In this document: positions 48,094 to 57,800 of the stretch, piece after piece
Layout: the number at the start of each line of letters is the position of its first letter
How positions within the stretch are numbered: position 1 is the first letter of the stretch
NCBI GenBank assembly: GCA_035539215.1
Contig: DATLIX010000183.1
Location: 1,993-65,992 of the forward strand
Source: Dongiaceae bacterium
Lineage (GTDB): Bacteria; Pseudomonadota; Alphaproteobacteria; Dongiales; Dongiaceae
Length of the DNA: 64,000 nucleotides
Direction: 5' to 3'
Program-made: the position numbers and the translations under genes
The notes under the pieces: model-generated
Told to the model about the DNA's origin: nothing
Databases searched by the model: none
The model's input: only the letters and a program-made list of their open reading frames with translations

Positions 48094-49296
48094 TTAAACG
48101 CGCTCCAGGGCCAGAGAGAGGCCCTGGCCGACGCCGATGCACATGGTGACCAGCGCGCGGCGACCGCCGCGCCGTTCCAGCTCATGCACCGCCGTCATCG
48201 CCAGCCTGGCCCCGGACATGCCGAGCGGATGACCGAGCGCGATGGCGCCGCCATTTGGGTTGACGCGGTCCTCCGCGGCACCGAGCCCCAGTGCGCGCAA
48301 GGAGGCGATGACCTGGGCTGCGAAGGCTTCGTTGATTTCGATCACGTCGAAATCGTCGATTGCGAGGCCCAGCCGCTCCATCAGCTTTTTGCTGGCGGGG
48401 ACCGGGCCGATCCCCATGACGCGGGGCGCAACGCCGGCCGTCGCCATGCCGAGGAGGCGCGCACGCGGCGTCAGGCCGTGACGCTTTGCGGCAGCTTCGG
48501 AGGCAATGAACATCGCCGCCGCCCCGTCATTGACGCCGGAAGCGTTGCCGGCCGTGACACTGCCATCGGCGCGCACGATCGGGCGCAATTTCGCCAGCGC
48601 TTCGGGGGTCGTATCCGCGCGCGGATGTTCGTCGCGGTCGACCGTGACATTGCCTTTGCGGCCCTCGATCGTGACGGGGATGATTTCCGCGGCGAAATAG
48701 CCGCTGTTCTGCGCCCGCGCGCAAAGCTGCTGGCTGCGATAGGCGAAGGCATCCTGATCCGAGCGGCTGACTCCATGCTCGGCGGCGACGTTCTCCGCGG
48801 TCTCCGGCATCGAATCCGTACCGTATCGCCGCTTCATCAGCGGATTGACGAAGCGCCAGCCGATCGTCGTGTCTTCCAATGCGGCGCTGCGTGACCAGGC
48901 CTGATCCGGCTTCGCCATCACAAAGGGTGCCCGCGTCATGCTTTCGACGCCGCCGGCAATCGCCAGATCGATCTCCCCCGCCAAGATGGCGCGAGCCGCC
49001 GTGCCGAGGGCATCGGCACCGCTGGCGCAGAGGCGGTTGATCGTGGTGCCCGGCACCGTTTCCGGCAATCCCGCCAGGAGTGCCGCCATGCGGGCGACAT
49101 TGCGGTTGTCCTCGCCCGCCTGATTGGCGCAGCCGAGGAAGACATCATCGATCGCCGCCGGATCGAGCCCGCTTTGACCGGCGATCAGGGCGCGGATGGG
49201 GGCGGCGGCGAGATCGTCGGTGCGGAGCTGTGCCAGCGCCCCGCCGAAACGACCGATCGGCGTGCGCAGGGCTTCGCAAATAAAGGCAGCCGTCAT
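48094..49296 (-). CDS. pcaF: 3-oxoadipyl-CoA thiolase
   Basis: [56 protein letters not shown]. Confidence 0.93.
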   Translation of the reverse strand: MTAAFICEALRTPIGRFGGALAQLRTDDLAAAPIRALIAGQSGLDPAAIDDVFLGCANQAGEDNRNVARMAALLAGLPETVPGTTINRLCASGADALGTAARAILAGEIDLAIAGGVESMTRAPFVMAKPDQAWSRSAALEDTTIGWRFVNPLMKRRYGTDSMPETAENVAAEHGVSRSDQDAFAYRSQQLCARAQNSGYFAAEIIPVTIEGRKGNVTVDRDEHPRADTTPEALAKLRPIVRADGSVTAGNASGVNDGAAAMFIASEAAAKRHGLTPRARLLGMATAGVAPRVMGIGPVPASKKLMERLGLAIDDFDVIEINEAFAAQVIASLRALGLGAAEDRVNPNGGAIALGHPLGMSGARLAMTAVHELERRGGRRALVTMCIGVGQGLSLALERV

Positions 49297-49943
49297 GATG
49301 CAAGCTCCACGGCAAAACCAGTGCCGGTCTTGGCCTTGACCTCATCCAGCGATATCCCGGGCGCCAGTTCGACCAGGGCCAGGCCGCTATTCACCTTGTC
49401 ACAGGTGAAGACGGCAAGATCGCTGATGATCAAATCCACCACGCCGGCGCCGGTCAGCGGCAAGGTGCAGCGGCCGAGAATCTTCGGCGCCCCATTCTTG
49501 CTGACATGCTCCATCAGCACGACGATGCGCTTCACCCCCGCCACGAGATCCATGGCGCCGCCCATGCCCTTCACCATCTTGCCGGGAATGGTCCAGTTGG
49601 CGATATCGCCGTTCGCCGCCACTTCCATGGCGCCGAGGATGGCGATATCGATGTGACCGCCCCGGATCATGGCGAAGCTGTCTGCCGAGGAAAAGAAGCT
49701 CGAGGTCGGCAGCTGGGTGATGGTCTGCTTGCCGGCGTTGATGAGATCGGGATCGACCTCGTCCGGATAGGGAAACGGCCCCATGCCGAGCATGCCGTTC
49801 TCGCTTTGCAGCGTGACTTCCACGCCAGCGGGGATGTAGTTGGCGACGAGCGTCGGAATGCCGATGCCGAGATTGACGTAGTAGCCGTCGCGCAGTTCCG
49901 CCGCGGCCCGCGCCGCCATCTGTTCGCGTGTCCAGGCCATCAT
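49293..49943 (-). CDS. pcaJ: 3-oxoacid CoA-transferase subunit B (PcaJ/ScoB-like)
   Basis: VNLGIGIPT, catalytic [14 protein letters not shown]. Symbol assigned from the pcaF/pcaR context. Confidence 0.8.
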   Translation of the reverse strand: MMAWTREQMAARAAAELRDGYYVNLGIGIPTLVANYIPAGVEVTLQSENGMLGMGPFPYPDEVDPDLINAGKQTITQLPTSSFFSSADSFAMIRGGHIDIAILGAMEVAANGDIANWTIPGKMVKGMGGAMDLVAGVKRIVVLMEHVSKNGAPKILGRCTLPLTGAGVVDLIISDLAVFTCDKVNSGLALVELAPGISLDEVKAKTGTGFAVELAS

Positions 49944-50650
49944 GCCACCTCCCGCGCGCGCGTCGTCACCTTCTCGACCCGCTTATCGTAATGCGCACCC
50001 TTGATGATGCGGTCGACATAGATGCCCGGCGTATGGACCTGATCGGGATCGATCGCACCCGCCGGAACCAGTTCCTCGACCTCAACCACGGTCACCTTGG
50101 CCGCCGTCGCCATCACCGGATTGAAGTTCCGCGCCGTCTTGCGATAGACGAGATTGCCGGCCGGATCGGCCTTCCAGGCCTTGATCACGGCGAGATCGGC
50201 CTTGAGCCAGGTTTCGCGCACATAGCGAATGCCGTCGAATTCCTCGACCGGCTTGCCTTCGGCCACCACCGTGCCGACGCCGGTCCGGGTATAGAAGGCG
50301 GGAATGCCCGCACCGCCGGCGCGGATGCGTTCGGCCAAGGTGCCCTGCGGATTGAGCTCCAGTTCCAATTTGCCGTCGAGATAAAGCTGCTCAAACAGCT
50401 TGTTCTCGCCGACATAGGAGCTGATCATCTTGCGGATCTGCCCGTTGTTCAGCAGCATCCAGAGGCCGAAGCCGTCGGCCCCGCAATTGTTGGAGATAAC
50501 GGTGAGGCCGGTGACGCCGGCCGTGCGAATGGCGGGAATGAGGTTCTCCGGATTGCCGGACAGGCCGAACCCGCCCGACATGATGGTCATGCCGTCGAAC
50601 AGCACGCCTGCCAGGGCGCTCGCCGGGTCAGCATAGATCTTTTGCGGCAT
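49940..50650 (-). CDS. pcaI: 3-oxoacid CoA-transferase subunit A (PcaI/ScoA-like)
   Basis: [49 protein letters not shown] favours ATG 50650. Confidence 0.8.
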   Translation of the reverse strand: MPQKIYADPASALAGVLFDGMTIMSGGFGLSGNPENLIPAIRTAGVTGLTVISNNCGADGFGLWMLLNNGQIRKMISSYVGENKLFEQLYLDGKLELELNPQGTLAERIRAGGAGIPAFYTRTGVGTVVAEGKPVEEFDGIRYVRETWLKADLAVIKAWKADPAGNLVYRKTARNFNPVMATAAKVTVVEVEELVPAGAIDPDQVHTPGIYVDRIIKGAHYDKRVEKVTTRAREVA

Positions 50651-50665
50651 CGACATTCCTCGTAA

Positions 50666-50704
50666 TGTTCGATTATCGAACAACTAGGTTGAATATCGAA
50701 CAAC
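50666..50704. promoter_or_regulatory. PcaR/PcaU/PobR-type IclR operator (palindrome plus external direct repeat)
   Basis: Palindrome TGTTCGAT-T-ATCGAACA at 50666-50682. TATCGAACAAC is repeated at 50674 and 50694. Confidence 0.85.
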
Positions 50705-50896
50705 CCTAGAATTGATAGAGGACCCGAGTCAAGCATCGGCGATGCAGCCCAGGCGGGCGGCCCGGATGCGGCGGAAGCATATGAAACAGGGCGAGGCCGC
50801 GGCGTGGGATCAGCCCGGCGGAAACGGCAGCGCAGGGAGCGCATCCGGCGACGGCATGACCGCCCACGGATGCGCGCCGGAGCGAATGCGCGTGCT

Positions 50897-51589
50897 TTAC
50901 TTCAGCGATGTTGCGAAGAAAGCGCGACTGCGCTCATCCGCCTGATCGGCCAGAGCCGGCACGCGGGATTCGCCCTTGTGGCGGGCAAAGGCGTGATCGG
51001 CATCGTAGTCATGAAGGGTCACCAGCGGATTGCCTTTCAGGCCGGCATGGATCTTGGCCTGCGCTTCGGCCGGGACGAATTTGTCACGGGTGGCGATATG
51101 CACCAGCAGGGGCTTCTTGATATTGCCGCTCTCACCAAGCAGGCCGTCGAGGCCGACACCATAATAGGCGACCGTCGCATCGCTATCGGTACGCGCGGCG
51201 GTGAGAAAAGCCAGACGGCCGCCGAGGCAGTAGCCGACCACGCCGACCTTTTCACAGCCGCGGGCGCGCAAGGCCTTGATCGCGGCAGCGATATCCTTGA
51301 CGCCGAGATCGCCGTCGAAACGCTGCATCAAAGCAAGGCCTTCCTGGAATTGCTCGGGAATATCGGCGTCGAGTTCGACGCGCGGCTTCAGACGCCAGAA
51401 AAGATCCGGGGCGATGGCGGCATAGCCCTGCGCCGTCCAGGCATCGGTCATCGCCTGAATACCCGCATTGACGCCAAGGATTTCCTGGATGACGACGATG
51501 CCGGTCTTGGCCTTCTGCGACGGTTCCGCGAGATAGGCGGCCATGGTCTCGCCGGTATTGGCAGCAGGAATTTGGATGAAGCTTCCCAT
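50897..51589 (-). CDS. Dienelactone hydrolase family protein
   Basis: QEILGVN, APDLFWR, nucleophile GYCLGG, YYG, DHAFAR. Confidence 0.9.
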   Translation of the reverse strand: MGSFIQIPAANTGETMAAYLAEPSQKAKTGIVVIQEILGVNAGIQAMTDAWTAQGYAAIAPDLFWRLKPRVELDADIPEQFQEGLALMQRFDGDLGVKDIAAAIKALRARGCEKVGVVGYCLGGRLAFLTAARTDSDATVAYYGVGLDGLLGESGNIKKPLLVHIATRDKFVPAEAQAKIHAGLKGNPLVTLHDYDADHAFARHKGESRVPALADQADERSRAFFATSLK

Positions 51590-51599
51590 CAGATCACCT

Positions 51600-51633
51600 T
51601 TTATATGAACGGAGTCTTTATATGAATGGAATC
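51600..51633. repeat. Tandem 17-bp repeat TTTATATGAAYGGARTC x2
   Basis: 51600-51616 and 51617-51633 are 15/17 identical and abut the hydrolase RBS. Confidence 0.8.
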
Positions 51634-51779
51634 GAACCTGCCGGCGCAGTCGGCATCGACCGATCGGTCGTGGAACAAAGCATATTGGCTATGACGCCTT
51701 GATGAAGGCAAGAGGATCCTTGTGGCGTCAATCCTTACCGCGGCAAAGCAAATTGCCTCGGCAACACTGCGCATGCAGA

Positions 51780-51804
51780 AAGAGCCCGCCTATGGCGGGC
51801 TCTT
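51780..51804 (-). terminator. Intrinsic terminator after the adhesin gene
   Basis: Stem AAGAGCCCGCC / GGCGGGCTCTT with a 3-nt loop and a short U-rich tail on the minus strand, about 45 bp past the stop. Confidence 0.7.
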
Positions 51805-51850
51805 CCGGCGACTGACCTGGCCAGAGGGCTATCCTCCAGCAAGCTAGATA

Positions 51851-54800
51851 TCAGATCTGCGGGATAATCTGGTGATGCTCGTCCAGCACCGTCACGTTGT
51901 TGCTGACGACCACATAGCCCTGCACATCATTGGCACTGAACGAGCCGCCATTCTGATCATAGGCAAAGACCTGATGATCGCTCGGCGCGTTGTTGACATG
52001 ATCGGTGATATTGACCCACTGACCATTGCCGCTGCCATGGTCGAGCGTCAGCGTGTCGCCGGCGCTGCCTTCGACCTTGACCGTGTCCTTCACCTGCAGA
52101 CCGCTGATCGCATCGCTGGTCGGGTGGAAGGTACCGTTGCCGATCTGCAGAACATCGCCGATGTTCAGCTCGACCGACTCGCTGGCGCCGCCCGTCATGC
52201 TGATCGTGTCGATATTCTTGATATGGCCATCGGCGACGGCACCATGAACGTCGACCGCGCCGGTCAATCCCGAAACATCCAGCACATCGCCGAGATAGCT
52301 GCCGCCGAGATCGCCATTCTGGCCGGCATGGCTGTTGCCGCCGCCGTCAACAGTATCGCCGACCTGGTACATGATCGTATCGTCACCGCCACCGCCATTC
52401 AGGTAGTTGTGCTGATGCGAATCGCCGACCAGGATCTCATTGGCGCCGGTGCCCTGAACGATATGCTGATCGTTGCCGTAATAATGGCCGCCGCTGACGC
52501 CATCGACGGTGACCGTGGTTTCGCTGCCGCCGGCCTGGTAGTGGAAAGAGCCGCCAGTGGTCGCCTGCGACAGGACATTCAGGTCAAGCTCGTAATTGCC
52601 CTGGCCGCCGGAGGTGGCGTTGCCGTTGCCGCTCTGACCGTCGATGACGATGTAGTAATCGCCGTCGCTGGGGACGTTGTAGTAGCCCCAGCCATGAGTG
52701 GCCGTCTGGTAGCCTGACTGGGCCACCAGATTGCCATGCGCGTCGTAGATCTCCACATCGACATTGGCCTTCTGGCCGCCGGCGCCGAGGATCGAGCCGT
52801 AGAGCACTTCGCCGGCCTGCAGATGCAGCTTGAAGACGTCATTGTCGGTGGCGCTGTTGATGGCCCCCGTCAACTGCAGCGTGCCCGTATCCAAGGCCGT
52901 GCCGGACTGCGCGAAATAGCTGCGGGCAATCGCCGTTGCGTTGTTCTGGTTGTCACCCCATTTGTCGGCATTGCCGTTGCTCTCGTTCTGCGTGCCGGAG
53001 CCGGTGAAATCATTGGCCCCGCCGCTGAACTGATAGGTCGTGCCGGTGGTGCCGCTATGGCTTGCCGTGCCGCTATCCGATCCCTTGATGCTGACGCCGG
53101 TGACCGAGAGGCCGGCACCGCTGTCATTGCGCAGCAGGGCGAAATCGCTGACGTTGAAACCGCCGTCGAGGCTGTTGGTCAGGATGACATCGCCGCCGAG
53201 CGAGGCTGCCACCGCATCCGTCACGTTGACGTTGATGGTGCCGTGGGCGGTGTCGCCGTCATTGTCCGTCACATTGTAGTTGAAAGCCAGCGGATGACCG
53301 TTCTGGGTCCCGTCGATCGGCTTTGCGAGGTCGAACTCGTAGCCGTAGCCGCCGTGGCCGTCCGAACTCAGCGCCAGGCTGTAGACCACGGTATCGCCGG
53401 CCTTGCCGACCAGGATGCCGTTCACCAGCGTGTTGACGATGGCGATACCGTTATAGGTGAGGCCGGTCGGACCGTCGGCCAGGGCAACCGAGCCCGGACC
53501 GTCGGCGCCGAACGCGGCCGGCAGCGAGCCGGTTACCGAACTGACATGCGGCGTGTCGACGACATTGAAGGTCACGTCATGGACGCTGAAATCGCTGCTG
53601 TCGGAACCGGCATTGCCGTTGGGATTGGCCGAGCCCTGCACCGCGACGAAGCGGATCTCGTCGAAGCCGCCGGCCGGGCCGGTGATGGTCAGCGCCATTT
53701 TGCCGCTGGTGCTGCTGGCCTCGAACTCGACCCAGCCGGAAACGGCAACCCCGTCCTTATAGAGGATATAGGCGCCCTTCTCGTCACCGACGCCGCCTTC
53801 ATTGGAATAGAATTCCGACAGGTTGACGGTCGCCGTGGTCGCGACCTTGTCGGTGTCCTTCAGGCTGAAGATCATGGTCTCGGAGTAATAATTCTGCGAG
53901 CCGTTGCCGAGATAGTTCACCTCGTCAAAGCGCGCGGCGCCGCTGCCATCCGTGCCGGAAGTGACGCCGAGGCCGGTCGTGCCATCGGCGGCACCGTTGG
54001 TATTGATGCTCGGCGTATCGCCATTGATGGTCAGCAGATTGCCGTTGCCGTCGATGAAGCCGGCACTGACAGCGATATGGGCATTGTTGCCGTAATTGCC
54101 GGCATCGACCTCGTAGCTGGCGGCCCCGGTCGCACCGGCGATGCCGGGCTCGGTGACGGCGGGGCTGCTGACGGTGCCGGCGGTCGGGCTGTCGTCATTG
54201 ACGGTCACCGTGATGGTGCCGACAGCCTTGTCGCCGTCGCCATCGGTCACGGTATATTTCAGGCCGAGGTCGAGATTGTCCTCGGTCGTGGCATTCGGAT
54301 GATCCAAGGGCTGCAACAGCGTGAAATCGGCGGTCTTTGCCGTCGGATCAACCGTCAGCGTGAAGATGCTGACATCGGTCGTGCTGTTATTGTCGGCCGA
54401 ATGATACTCGATGTAGCCGACCAGCGTCTGGACCGCATGGCCGTTCACCGTCGCACTTTCAGTCCGGTACTGAACCGTCAGGCCGTCCGAGGTGAGATTG
54501 GCCGGCTGGGCCGCGGTATCGAAGGAGACATGGCCGCCATCGGCACCGAAGGTCAGGTTGGTCAGGCTGAGATGCGCGGTATTGGCGACCACGCCGATAT
54601 CGCCGCTGCCGCCCTCGATGCCGGGTGAACCCAGGTGACCCGCGGCAATGGCATCCTCATCGACGGTCGCATTGCCGGAGGCGGCAAGCGGCACATCGTC
54701 GACGATACCGATCGTCAGGGTGCCGGTGGCCTGGTCGCCGTCCTTGTCCTGGACAACCACGTTGAAAGCGTCGGCGGTGCTGTCGCCGCTGGTATTGTGG

Positions 54801-57800
54801 GTCAGCGTGTAGGTGTAGCCGACCGTGCCGTTGCCGATCGAATCGACGTGCAGGCTGCCGGTGGCCGTCGTCACCGTGTCGCCGACATGGATCACCTGGT
54901 TGTTGACGGTGATCGTCGCCGGCCCGTCGCCCTCGGTATAGGTGAAGGTGCCGGTGGTGACGTTGGAGCCGTTACCGGCATGCGAGCCGCTCGTCAGACC
55001 CGCCTCGTTCACGGAGGTTCCGGCATCGCCGGTACCGGGCACATGCAGGGTCGGGATCGCGTCGATATGCACGGTCAAGGTGGCGATGGAGATATCGCCG
55101 TCGCCGTCCTTCAGCGAATAGGTGAAGACGTCATCGCCGGACGCGTTTGCGTCAGCCTTGTAGGTGTAGCTGCCATCGGCATTGAGATAGAGCGTGCCGT
55201 GGTCGCCGCGGATGCCGGCCGGATCGCCGATCGTCGCGCTGGCCGCACCATGCGACACGCCGCTGATCGTGGCGCCGTCGGCACCGGCGGTGTCGTTGCC
55301 GGAAACGCCATGGATCGCGTCGACGGTCAGTGTCTTGCCGGCGCCGATCTCCGCCGTGTCGAGGACGGCCTGCGGCACGTCGTCCTTGACGGTGATGGTG
55401 ACGGTCGCCGTGCCATGATTGCCGTTGGCATCGGTGGTCGGCAGGGTGAAGGTATCGCCCGTGGCGGTGCCGGCCTGGCTGTCGGCTTTGCCGTCGTTAT
55501 ACGGCGAGGTCAGCGTGTAGCTGTAGTGGCCGGCGGCGTCGATGGTGAGGACGCCGTGAGCGGTGGCGTAGGTGCCGGCGGAAATCGCCAGGCCGTTGAG
55601 GGCGAGATCGCCCGTCACCGTGTCCGGCGTCGCGTGGTGATTGCTGCCGCCCGCAGGCAGGTTGGCTTCGTCCACGGTCACCGCGCCGGTGATGGTCGGC
55701 GGCGTCACCTGGTCGACATGGATGGTGAGCGTGGTCGATGACGCGTCGCCGTCGCCATCCTTCATCATATAGGTGAAGACATCGTCGCCGGAGGCATCGG
55801 CATCGGCCTTGTAGGTGTAGCTGCCATCGGCGTTGAGATAGAGCGTACCGTGATCGCCGCGGATGCCGGCCGGATCGCCGATCGCGCCGGAAGTGCCGTT
55901 ATGCGACACGCCGGTAACGGCGGCGCCGGCCCAATCGGCACCGGTGCCGTCATTGCTGGAAACGCCATGCGCGGCATCGGCCTTCAGGGTAGCACCCGAG
56001 CCGATCTCGCCGGTATCGAGGACGGCATGCGGCACGTCGTCCTTGATATTGATGGTAATGACCGCCGTGCCATGGTTGCCGTGGCCGTCCGAGGTCTGGA
56101 CGGTGAAGACGTCGCCGGTGCTGATACCGGCGGTGTCGTCGGCCTTGCCATCGTTATAGGGGGCGAACAGCGTATAGGTGTATTTGCCGCTGGCATTGAG
56201 ATCGAGAATGCCATGCGCGGTGAAATAGATGCCGGCCTGGATCGAGGCGCCGCCCAGATCGAGATAGCCGGTGACGGCATTGGGCTGCGTCACATGGTTG
56301 CTGCCGACCGTCGGCTGGTTGGCCTCATCGACGATGATGCTGCTGACCAGCGTGCCCGGCGTCACCTTGTCGACATGGATGGTCAGCGTCGCCGTCGTGG
56401 TATCGCCATCGCCGTCCTTGATCGTATAGGTGAAGACGTCGTCGCCGCCGACATCGGCGTTGGCCTTGTAGACGTAGCTGCCATCGCTGTTGAGATAGAG
56501 CGTGCCGTAATCGCCGTGGATACCGGTCGGATCGCCGATCGCCCCGGTCGTGGCGCCATGGGAGACGCCGACCACGCCGCCGCCGCTCCTGCCGTCGGCG
56601 CCGAAAGTGTCGTTGGCCTCGATACCGGAGGCGGCATCCTTGGTGATGGTGCCGCCGGAACCGGTGCTGCCGGTATCCACCACCGCCGTCGGCCGGTCGT
56701 CGACGATGCCAATGGTCAGCGTGGCCGATGCCTTGTCACTGTCCTTGTCCTGCACCACGACGTTGAAGGTGTCGGTGGTCGCGTCGCCGCTGGTATTGTG
56801 GGTCAACGTGTAGGTGTAGTGGATCTCGCCGTTGGCGATGGCATCGATATGCAGCGTCCCCGCCGCCGTGGTGACGGTGTCGCCGGCATGGACGGTCTGG
56901 TTGTTGATGGTGATGGCTGCCGGGCCATCGCCCTCGCTATAGGTCATCACGCCAGAGGTGACATTGGAACCGTCACCACGATGCGAGCCGCTGGCGAGCC
57001 CCGCTTCGTCCACTGCGGTGCCGGCGTCATGGGCGTCCGGCACATGCAAGGTCGGCTTCGCATCGTCGATGTTGATGGTAAGCGTGGCGCTGGAGGTATC
57101 GCCGTCGCCATCCTTCAGCACATAGGTGAAGGTGTCGGTGACGCCGCCCTTGCTGCCCGGCGCGCGGTCATAGGTGTAGCTGCCGTCGGCCGAGATGGTG
57201 AGCGTGCCGTACTGGCCGGCGATCACCAGATGACCATGCGGGTCGAAGCTCGAATCCGCGCCACCGGCGCCGGTGATCTTGCTGACCGTGGCGCCGTCGG
57301 CTCCCTTGGTGTCGTTGGTGATGACGCTGCCGGCGACGCTATAGGTGCCGGTGGCGACCTCGCCGCTGTCGTTGTGCGCCGTCGGCGTATCGTCGACGAT
57401 ATCGATCGTCAGATTGGCGGAGGACTTGTCGCCGTCGACATCCGTTACCACGACGCTGAAGGTGTCATGGGTATGGTCGCCGCTGCTGTTGTCCGCCAGC
57501 GTATAGCTGTAGCCGATCGTTCCGTTGCCGACCGAGGTGATGGTCAGCGTGCCGAACTGGCCGCTGATGGTCTGGCCGACGCCCGTCACGGCGACGCCGC
57601 CGATGGTCACCGTGGCGGGGCCGTCGCCCTGAGTGTAAGTGATGGCGCCGGATGTTACGTTCGAACCGTTCCCGTGATGCGAGCCGTCGGCGAGGCCGGC
57701 TTCGAAAACCTTGGCGCCGCTGCCGCCTTCGTTCGGCACATGCGCGTCCGGATGCGCATCGCCGATCTTGATCGTCAGCGAGGCGCTGGAACTGTCGCCG

